Below are positions 17,630-25,267 of a stretch of DNA of 32,000 nt, piece by piece (position 1 is the stretch's first letter; each line of letters opens with the position of its first letter). A program made the translations under genes and the position numbers. Source of the stretch: Candidatus Kuenenia stuttgartensis (GTDB lineage Bacteria; Planctomycetota; Brocadiia; Brocadiales; Brocadiaceae). Under the pieces are notes generated by a model that made no database searches, was not told the DNA's origin, and worked only from the letters and a program-made list of their open reading frames with translations. The stretch lies in NCBI RefSeq assembly GCF_900232105.1, contig NZ_LT934425.1, positions 2,310,001 to 2,342,000 of the forward strand, read 5' to 3'.

Positions 17630-18041
17630 GCACTGCCTCCTTTGTATAGGGGGGAAATGGGCAGGAGGATGAAGTTTCCCAACGTTCGGTCCTCCTGCCC
17701 TGAGTTTTTTATGTTCCGGAAAAATCTTACAAAACTTGTCCTCGTGAAAACGGGGAACTGGGAAGTAAACCGCCGTTAGGAAGTTTGGAAGTGGTTTTAA
17801 CCTCTTCCAAACTATTTAATGAGGCTTTACTCCGCCTTACGGACGGAACTTCTTTCTAACGGGGTAAACGATGTATTTTTCTTAACGTGAACAAAAAATC
17901 AAGTGAAATACTTACGCAGGATAAAAAAAATGCGGGGTAGCTGGGTAAGATTTTTCAAATCATTTGCTGGGTATTAGACTCAAATATTCTGAGACTAATT
18001 GGGCATTTTTGGAGCATTTATTCTAAGACGTAGCAACTGGG

Positions 18042-18356
18042 AACATAGAGCGATTTAGTGATGTGGGGATGTATTCATCTTATTGCAGATGCGTATCGGC
18101 AAAAAAATTATCGAATGGTAAGAGCAAAGGGAAAGGAAACCGTAAGAACGGGAATAAATACCTTGCGTGGGCGTATGTGGAGGCAGCGCATTTTCACGTA
18201 AGATTTTGCGAAAAGGGAAGGAAATGGCATCAGAGGAAGGCGTCAAAGAGCCATGTAGTTCTGGCAACGAAAGCCTTGAGCAATAAGCTGGCCAGGGCAT
18301 GTTATTACATAATAAAGGAGCAAGTAAACTACGACGAGAAAAAAATGTTTGGGTAG
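18042..18356 (+). pseudogene. C-terminal part of the split IS110-family transposase
   Basis: NIERFSDVGMYSSYCRCVSAKKLSNGKSKGKGNRKNGNKYLAWAYVEAAHFHVRFCEKGRKWHQRK...ALSNKLARACYYIIKEQV; in frame with 12149..12850 across one copy of ACTGGG. Confidence 0.92.
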
Positions 18357-18861
18357 CAAGCAGATTAGGTGGTGCAAGGAACCGGTTGCGGGTTAGGTAA
18401 CCAATCCATGAAACCTGATTGGAAGTTGTTCCACCTTTTATTATGAGTTGTGCCGGTAAAGGAATCGGCGAAAAAGAATATTCCATTCTGATCTGCCCAT
18501 ACCATGAGCCGTGAGGTTTTGGCCGTAGAGCCGAATATTCTGTGAATAACGATTGGACACTGGTATGGAACCGATGGTTTTCTGGGACAGAAGATAAGTC
18601 AGGGGCGGTGAGAAAGTCTTTCACAAAGCCTTGATCCCGATGGGTGAATGGTGCGGATGAGAACGATACCAAAACAATTGCGAAATACCACGGGCGTAGA
18701 TAAACGTGAACGGTATAGTCATTTTCGTAAACAGCAGTAAGAGCGATTCCGTACTTGGAGGGGTATTCAAAACGTGAAAATGTAGATATTTTTGCGACCG
18801 GAGATATTTTGTCCTTGACAAAAGCCTTCTAATGAGTGAACCCGCGAATGTAGTTTCCGGT

Positions 18862-18958
18862 GCCATTACGTTTCCAAACAGATACTTCACTATGTTCAGT
18901 ACAAGATTTGGAAACGAGTTGTGCTTCGTTAGTTTAATAGATTACACTAAATAGTTAC
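18862..18958. repeat. Diverged partial copy of the MITE-like element at 28581-28882
   Basis: ACGTTTCCAAACAGATACTTCACTATGTTCAGTACAAGATTTGGAAACGAGTTGTGC...AGTTTAATAGATTACACTAAATAGTTAC aligns with the right arm of the 302-bp element. Confidence 0.75.
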
Positions 18959-19155
18959 GATTCTTTTCAAAAAACTAAAGTGTTACAAACTATCAGTATC
19001 TGTGATTTCCATGCGGAGACCGGAAAGGCTGTCTTTCAGTCTTAGGCTTATTACTGACATTATTTGACTCCTTTCAGCCTTTTAGTAGCATCATCTATTA
19101 TTCCATAATTAAGTATGGTGTTCCCTGAATTACCAAACAACGTCTCTATGAAATT

Positions 19156-19863
19156 TTAATGGCAACAGTTGGAGTTTATGCCGGTTAATTTTATGATTAC
19201 GCTTGATATGCCAATAAAAATCAAAAATACGCCCACAAAAGCCATTGCCTTATTATTAAGGAGTTGTACCGGTTTTTTTGTCAGGTAGGAAATGCCGGAG
19301 AGTGCGGGGATAGTGCCTAACCAGAACGAGAAAAGCAATATGCCGCCCCATAGTGGATTGTGCGTAGTAACGGCTATAAGGATAAAACCATATAACCATC
19401 CGCATGGCAGTAAAGGGCTGAGGACACCTATTAAAAAACCCGCTCTCTTTGGCGAAACCCTGGCTTCTAATAAACGCCCTACTCTTTTCTGGTAAAATAA
19501 CCGCAGAAAATACGGTTGTTTTATGTGCAGATTGCCCTCTTTCAGAATACGGAATCCGATAATAAAGAAGGTTATACCCAGGAAAATCGTTGATACAAAA
19601 GAGAGGTATTTCATTTCTGAATGGATAAATTTTGAGCCAAGAAGCCCCGCCAGGGCACCAATGCAAAAGTATCCTAAAAAGCGTCCTATATGGTATGAAA
19701 TCAGCCCCGCTTTGCTGTGAGCGCTTGCGGCCAATGCCAGGCCGCCGCACATTCCTACACAGTGGACACTGCCGATAAGGCTTGCGGCAATTACTGCAAA
19801 AGGAACAAAGAAGGGTGACATTTCTCCAATGCGTTGTATTATATTATTTGACAGGTCCGGCAA
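19156..19863 (-). CDS. Sulfite exporter TauE/SafE-family (CcoI/CcoH-neighbourhood type) membrane protein
   Basis: SLIGSVHCVGMCGGLALA...ISYHIGRFLGYFCIGALAGLLG..., LLPCGWLYGFILIAV; typical of the cbb3-oxidase-linked family; overlaps the upstream ccoG. Confidence 0.85.
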   Translation of the reverse strand: MPDLSNNIIQRIGEMSPFFVPFAVIAASLIGSVHCVGMCGGLALAASAHSKAGLISYHIGRFLGYFCIGALAGLLGSKFIHSEMKYLSFVSTIFLGITFFIIGFRILKEGNLHIKQPYFLRLFYQKRVGRLLEARVSPKRAGFLIGVLSPLLPCGWLYGFILIAVTTHNPLWGGILLFSFWLGTIPALSGISYLTKKPVQLLNNKAMAFVGVFLIFIGISSVIIKLTGINSNCCH

Positions 19864-21244
19864 GGGTTAACTCCTTTATGTAATTTCGGGTTGTTTTGTT
19901 GTTTGATGTAGCAGCAATGTGTAATTGAAAATTCAGTTGCCCTTTTTCGCTCAAAAGCGATTTGGGAAACGTTATGAAAAAATGGTTTTTTGTTGTTTTT
20001 CCCGGCGCAATCATTTCAGGATACGTCGGCGCTATAATTTCAATCCCTTTATTTCTGCTATCTTCAGCGTGTTTAATATCCACTTCTATCTCATGAAAGC
20101 TCTGGTTTTTCAGATTCAGCGTGTAATGGTTTGAGATGAGGGGTTCTTCCCGGGATTTGGTAATTACCCGATAAGGACTTTCCTGCGCTCTCAATACGGT
20201 AATATCCAAATCAGGCCTGTTTGAAATATAGGAGGCTAATCCTATCAGGCAGGCGGAGACTAATCCCAGGTAAATCATGTTTTTAATACGCCAAAAACCT
20301 GAGGGTCTTCCTCTCAGGCCGTTTTCCGACTCATACCGTATAAGCCCCTTCGGCTTTTTAACCGTTGCCATTACCGTGTCGCATGCGTCAATGCAGGCAG
20401 TACAGGCAATACATTCCATTTGCAGCCCTTTGCGGATATCTATTCCTGTTGGACAAACGGCAACACATTTATAGCAATTAATGCAATCTCCCGGCTCTTC
20501 CGTCTTCGGTTGCAGCCCTTTTCGCGGTTCACCTCTTTTTTCATCGTAAATTATTGCAAGGGAGTTTTCGTCCATTAATACCGATTGCAATCTTCCGTAC
20601 GGACAGATTGATATGCACAACTGCTCCCTAAACCAGCCAAAATTCAACATCACCACAATGGTAACAATACCTGTGGTCAGAAAAACCGCCCAATTTTTAA
20701 AGGGGGAAATGGCAATCATTGAGACGAGATTTTCTGCTCCGGCAAAATATGCAAGGATTGTGTGAGAGATAACAGCGCTTGTCAAAAAAAACAAAGACCA
20801 TTTAACTGTTTTTTTGATTAATTTCTCTTTGTGAAAAGGCGCCTTCCGGAGTTTGATTCTCGCAATATGGCCTCCCTCTACGAAAGATTCAATTTTTCGG
20901 AAAATTGCTCCAATAAAAACCGTTTGCGGGCAAGCCCATCCGCACCATACCCTTCCCCAGGCAGAAGTGGCAAAGACGATTCCCATGGAAAAACTTGCCA
21001 TCACGAAGAAGAGCATGGGCGTGTCATGCCCCCAGAATTGTAAGCCAAACAGCGAAAATCTTCTGTGCGGTATGTCAATGAGAATTGCAGGAAAACCGTT
21101 TATTTTTATCCAGGGAAACAGAAAAAATGCGATGAGCAGCGCTATTTCAACAATGGTTCTGTACTTTCTGTAGAATCCGTAAACTGCCATAGGATGGGTT
21201 ATGCGAATACCCTCATGGGACGGATTGTAGAAGTTTTTCGACAT
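19844..21244 (-). CDS. ccoG: Cytochrome c oxidase accessory protein CcoG (FixG/RdxA)
   Basis: WGRVWCGWACPQTVF, PGDCINCYKCVAVCPTGIDIRKGLQMECIACTACIDACD (two 4Fe-4S motifs) and a C-terminal Ig-like domain. Confidence 0.95.
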   Translation of the reverse strand: MSKNFYNPSHEGIRITHPMAVYGFYRKYRTIVEIALLIAFFLFPWIKINGFPAILIDIPHRRFSLFGLQFWGHDTPMLFFVMASFSMGIVFATSAWGRVWCGWACPQTVFIGAIFRKIESFVEGGHIARIKLRKAPFHKEKLIKKTVKWSLFFLTSAVISHTILAYFAGAENLVSMIAISPFKNWAVFLTTGIVTIVVMLNFGWFREQLCISICPYGRLQSVLMDENSLAIIYDEKRGEPRKGLQPKTEEPGDCINCYKCVAVCPTGIDIRKGLQMECIACTACIDACDTVMATVKKPKGLIRYESENGLRGRPSGFWRIKNMIYLGLVSACLIGLASYISNRPDLDITVLRAQESPYRVITKSREEPLISNHYTLNLKNQSFHEIEVDIKHAEDSRNKGIEIIAPTYPEMIAPGKTTKNHFFITFPKSLLSEKGQLNFQLHIAATSNNKTTRNYIKELTLAGPVK

Positions 21245-21245
21245 A

Positions 21246-21827
21246 TTATTCTTCTACAAGTTCTCCTTCCGGGTCTCTTGGGTTTTCAGGCATGGAACCT
21301 CTTAATGATTTTATATAAGCGGCTGTTTGCTGAATGTTTTCATCTGTAATTCTTCCTCTCCATGCAGCCATGCCGGTGTCGGGAATGCCATCGCTGATTA
21401 TGCTTGCTATTTCGCGTATTCCCCCTCTGCCGTGTAACCAGTAATTATCCACCAGGTTTGGCCCGATCAATCCTTCTCCTTCTTCTCCATGGCAGGAAGA
21501 ACATTTTGAGGCGTACACCTCTTTCCCCTTTGCCAATGCATCCTTGTCAGCCAGCAGCGTAGTGAGCTGCGCTTCAGTTATTTCAGGCAGTTCCATCAGT
21601 ATTTCTTCCGCTTGCATCATATTCGCAGGTGGAGCAACAGTCGCGGCTACCTGCAATTTCCCGTTCCTAACGCTTCCGAAATGGTACCCAAGGTAGAAGA
21701 CGGCAAAAAGGATCGTTGTATAGAAAATATACATTAGCCATGCCGGGCATGGGTTGTCATATTCGGTAATCCCGTCGTATTCATCCCCTGTCATAGGAGT
21801 ATCTTTTACATGAGTATCCCTGTTCAT
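21246..21827 (-). CDS. ccoP: cbb3-type cytochrome c oxidase subunit III, short monoheme form
   Basis: N-terminal YDGITEYDNPCPAWLMYIFYTTILFAVFYLGYH (FixP_N) and one heme motif CSSCH; 193 aa. Confidence 0.88.
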   Translation of the reverse strand: MNRDTHVKDTPMTGDEYDGITEYDNPCPAWLMYIFYTTILFAVFYLGYHFGSVRNGKLQVAATVAPPANMMQAEEILMELPEITEAQLTTLLADKDALAKGKEVYASKCSSCHGEEGEGLIGPNLVDNYWLHGRGGIREIASIISDGIPDTGMAAWRGRITDENIQQTAAYIKSLRGSMPENPRDPEGELVEE

Positions 21828-22018
21828 GATCGTTCCTCCTCGCGAAGCGGCAAATGGGACATATAATCATAGTGTTTGGCAGCGCCCTTCCTTTGAATCC
21901 AAAAAAGGATGCCCAGAAAAACAAAAAAGAATAAAAAAAATCCAATCGCCGCCAAATACGTATCGGTAAAGTGTGCTAAAGCCTGTTGTTTCATGTTATT
22001 GAACTCCTTTCTGTCCAA
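21824..22018 (-). CDS. ccoQ: CcoQ-like small cbb3 oxidase subunit
   Basis: 64 aa, one TM segment, position between ccoNO and ccoP with overlaps on both sides. Confidence 0.6.
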   Translation of the reverse strand: MDRKEFNNMKQQALAHFTDTYLAAIGFFLFFFVFLGILFWIQRKGAAKHYDYMSHLPLREEERS

Positions 22019-24146
22019 GCGCCTGGAGATATGCTATTAATGCAGTGATTTCCTTGTCTTCCACATTTTCTTTCACGCCTTGTTTTTTAAGAGATTCGGC
22101 AATTTCATGCGCCTGTATTTCCGCCATAATATCTGCATCCGCCCGTTCTTTTTCTGAATAGGGAGCGCCCATTTTATGGAGGAGGGATATCTTCTTTCTT
22201 ATGCCGAAAAAGTGAATCTTCTTCTTTGCCAGCCAGGGGTAGGCGGGCATAATGGATTCCTTTATGACGGCACGGGGATTTATCATATGCATGTAATGCC
22301 AAAGGTCGGGGTATTTTTTCCCCAGTCTTGCAAGGTCTGGCCCCGTGCGTTTCGACCCCCATTGAGAAGGCCTGTCGTACATGGATTCTTCAATAATGGA
22401 AGCGTGCCCGTATCGTAATATTTCCGGGGGCATCGTCCGGATCATTTGCGAATGGCAATTGTGGCACCCTTCTTTTATATAAATATCACGCCCTTCCAGT
22501 TCCAAGGGTGTGAATGACGCCATTTTGTTCTCCGGCGTAATGTATTTATGAATGGAAAGTGTGGGGACTATTTCAATGACAGAGCCTACCATGATGGCAA
22601 TAAGCGCCAAAACACTGAACGTAACCGCCATCCCTTCAAGCCTTCTATGCCCGTGTTCTGAAAGGGGAACGGTCTTAGGGGATACACTTATTTGTATTGT
22701 ATCATTTTTTAAATCGGGGGGCGATAGTCTGATGGTCTTGCAAATGTTATACAGCAACAGGAAGAAACCGCCTAAGAACAATACTCCCCCTATTGCGCGG
22801 AAGTAAAAGAGCGGAATTATGCGAATGACGGTTTCAATGAATTCCGGATAGACAAGATTTCCTTTATTGTCCATTTCCATCCACATCAAACTTTGTGTAA
22901 TTCCTGCGGCCAGCATTGAAATGTAATAAAGAAGTATGCCTAAAAGGCCTACCCAGAAATGTATGTTTGCGAGTTTTTTGCTATATAATTCTGTTTTCCA
23001 CAATTTCGGGACAATATAATATATCATTGCAAACGCAAGAAATCCGTTCCAGCCCAATGTTCCCACATGAACATGTCCTATAATCCAGTCAGTGTAATGG
23101 CCAATAGCGTTTACCGGCTTAAGGGAGAGAAGCGACCCTTCAAAGGTTCCCATACCGTAAAAAGTAATGGCCGCCACAAAAAATTTAACGATTGGTTCAG
23201 TGCGTAATAAATGCCATGCCCCACGGATCGTCAACAGCCCGTTTACCATACCGCCCCAACTTGGCGCCCATAGCATGACGCTGAAAATTACACCCAGGGT
23301 TTGCAGCCAGGCAGGCAGCGCCGTATTCAAAAGATGATGGGGGCCTGCCCAGATATAAATAAAGATAAGAGACCAGAAGTGTAATATCGAAAGCCTGTAG
23401 CTGTAAATAGGCCTGTTTACGGCTTTTGGCAAATAGTAATACATTAATCCGAGAAAAGGCGTAGTAAGGAAAAAGGCGACGGCATTATGTCCGTACCACC
23501 ATTGAACAAGCGCGTCCTGTATTCCGGCAAATACAATATAACTTTTAAACAAACTAACGGGCAGGCTTATTGCATTAATAATGTAAAGCACTCCCACGGT
23601 AATGACCGTAGCAATGTAAAACCAGATGGAAACGTACAGGTGTTTTTCATTGCGTTTCAGCAAAGTGCCGAAAAAATTAATGGCAAATATAACCCATACC
23701 AAAGCGACAAGAATATCAATGGGCCATTCCAGTTCAGCATACTCTTTCCCTTGCGTTAACCCTAGCGGTATTGTAATGACGGCCAGTACGATAATACTTT
23801 GCCAGCCCCAAAAGTGCAGCCTGCTTAAGGTATCGGAAAACATGCGCGTCTTTAATAACCGCTGAGAAGAATGGTATATGCCGGCGAAAATGGCATTGCC
23901 GGCAAATGCGAAGATGTTTGCGTTGGTGTGTACCGGCCTTAGCCGTCCGTAAGTAAGCCACCCGGTATTAAAATTTAATTGCCAAACCGCTATTTGAAAT
24001 GCCACAAATACCCCTATTGTGAAGGCGATTGCCGCCCAAACGATGGTGGCTATGGTGAACATTCTGGCAATTTTGTCATCATATTCAATTTGAATACGAT
24101 TTGAGGTATCAACGTTTGATGCGCCCATGTTTCTTCTTTTCTCCAA
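21996..24146 (-). CDS. ccoNO: Fused cbb3-type cytochrome c oxidase subunits I and II (CcoN-CcoO)
   Basis: 716 aa: QWWYGHNAVAFFLTTPFLGLMYYYLPK, WAGPHHLLNTALPAWLQTLG (CcoN) followed by YIKEGCHNCHSQMIRTMPPEILRYGHAS...GSKRTGPDLARLGKKYPDLWHYMHMINPRAVIKESIMPAYPWL (CcoO). Confidence 0.95.
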   Translation of the reverse strand: MEKRRNMGASNVDTSNRIQIEYDDKIARMFTIATIVWAAIAFTIGVFVAFQIAVWQLNFNTGWLTYGRLRPVHTNANIFAFAGNAIFAGIYHSSQRLLKTRMFSDTLSRLHFWGWQSIIVLAVITIPLGLTQGKEYAELEWPIDILVALVWVIFAINFFGTLLKRNEKHLYVSIWFYIATVITVGVLYIINAISLPVSLFKSYIVFAGIQDALVQWWYGHNAVAFFLTTPFLGLMYYYLPKAVNRPIYSYRLSILHFWSLIFIYIWAGPHHLLNTALPAWLQTLGVIFSVMLWAPSWGGMVNGLLTIRGAWHLLRTEPIVKFFVAAITFYGMGTFEGSLLSLKPVNAIGHYTDWIIGHVHVGTLGWNGFLAFAMIYYIVPKLWKTELYSKKLANIHFWVGLLGILLYYISMLAAGITQSLMWMEMDNKGNLVYPEFIETVIRIIPLFYFRAIGGVLFLGGFFLLLYNICKTIRLSPPDLKNDTIQISVSPKTVPLSEHGHRRLEGMAVTFSVLALIAIMVGSVIEIVPTLSIHKYITPENKMASFTPLELEGRDIYIKEGCHNCHSQMIRTMPPEILRYGHASIIEESMYDRPSQWGSKRTGPDLARLGKKYPDLWHYMHMINPRAVIKESIMPAYPWLAKKKIHFFGIRKKISLLHKMGAPYSEKERADADIMAEIQAHEIAESLKKQGVKENVEDKEITALIAYLQALGQKGVQ

Positions 24147-24199
24147 TTAAATTTAATAATTTTTTTGCAAAACTTCAGTTGTTTAAAATGTTGCGCTTC

Positions 24200-24352
24200 T
24201 TATATTTTTTTGTTCCAGTCATCAATTAAAATTTTATGTGCTGGTGTTTCAAGATCGTCAAATTGTTCATTTTTCACCGCCCATAAAAAGGTATATACAA
24301 AAAATGACGCTAAAACAATTGAGATGGGAATCATTATGTAAAGTATTGTCAT
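24200..24352 (-). CDS. ccoS: cbb3-type cytochrome oxidase assembly protein CcoS (absent from the supplied ORF track)
   Basis: Manual translation: MTILYIMIPISIVLASFFVYTFLWAVKNEQFDDLETPAHKILIDDWNKKI*; matches the CcoS pattern (WAVKxxQFDDLExPAxxIL) and sits just upstream of ccoNO. Confidence 0.88.
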   Translation of the reverse strand: MTILYIMIPISIVLASFFVYTFLWAVKNEQFDDLETPAHKILIDDWNKKI

Positions 24353-24589
24353 TGTTAGATATAATATTATTCTGCAAAAACATGTTTTTTCATGAAGTTT
24401 TTTGCCGCCCCTTCATCCCCTCATTGTATGGGGAATAGGAAAGATGGGTGGTCTTTAATTGCGGCGATGCTGCGATATGTTTTATCTATTAATGAATGTG
24501 AAAAACCATATCAGGAAATTATAAACAAATGTTTTATTAAATCAAAAACAAACTTTGTCTTTCTTGCTACTGCTGGATTGCTACCGGAA

Positions 24590-24672
24590 CCAATGTCAGC
24601 CTGATAGAAGAAGCCAAGCTCAAATACATCTCGGCATTGGATAGAAATCAGATACCCTCTTGCGGTGTCAGC
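24590..24672 (+). pseudogene. Short remnant of an IS1634-like transposase gene
   Basis: NVSLIEEAKLKYISALDRNQIPSCGVS* nearly matches the internal segment NLIEEAKLKYISALDRNQIPSCGVSL of the transposase at 3198-5081, also at nucleotide level. Confidence 0.85.
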
Positions 24673-25267
24673 TAAGGCATTTACGACAATTTAGAGCAAA
24701 TGCTTCGCCTCTACACTATGCGGCAAGACCTTTTCTTGCACTTCAAATGCATCGCTTGTAATGTAGAGAACAAAAAAGCACTTTATTTTACCCTCTCTCT
24801 TTCGTTACTACAGAGATACTCCCGCGCCATTTTGCCTGTTTTGCTTATTTTTGCCCATTTATAAGGTAATTCTATTGTTTTTTACTTTCTTCTCCACTTA
24901 TTGACGGGAGCTTTTGGCACAAATTCTTGATCCGCGTCTTTCGTAAGGTAACTTTGACGTTGTCGTGGGGAAGTGTCCCTTTAATCAGGCTGAGTTTTTA
25001 AAAGGCAAAAACCCAATGGCATTCATTTTTACCCACTCACTTGCCTGAAGAGCCAATATTTGAAATCCCTTAATGCCGTAGCAAGGCACGCCTTGCCACT
25101 ACAATTTGCATGAAAAACCCCTGGCAGGGTTAAAATAAAAAAGGATGCTTGCTATACAATACCCCTCTGACTACAGGCATGTGTGAAGATTTACAAAAAA
25201 TCGGGAATGCATCCCCATAAATTGGCAATATTATTTGCTATGCATCTGTTTCCTACCCGGCTTCTGA

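Larger units (their letters stand above)
12851..18035 (-). mobile_element. Multi-gene DDE/AAA-ATPase transposon inserted in the IS110 transposase gene (carries a nested IS4-family element)
   Basis: Flanked by ACTGGG at 12845-12850 and 18036-18041. With the IS4 element and one 11-bp duplication removed, the left end TGCTAAGCCCCACAATAAATGAACC matches the reverse complement of the right end, TGCTACGTCTTAGAATAAATGCTCC, at 18/25 positions. Confidence 0.9.

Noticed and set aside
17369-17779. 136-aa + strand ORF inside the transposon
   Set aside because: Opposite strand to the zinc-ribbon gene and overlaps it; no recognisable domain.
18055-18672. 205-aa - strand ORF
   Set aside because: Antisense to the IS110 transposase C-terminus; composition looks non-coding.
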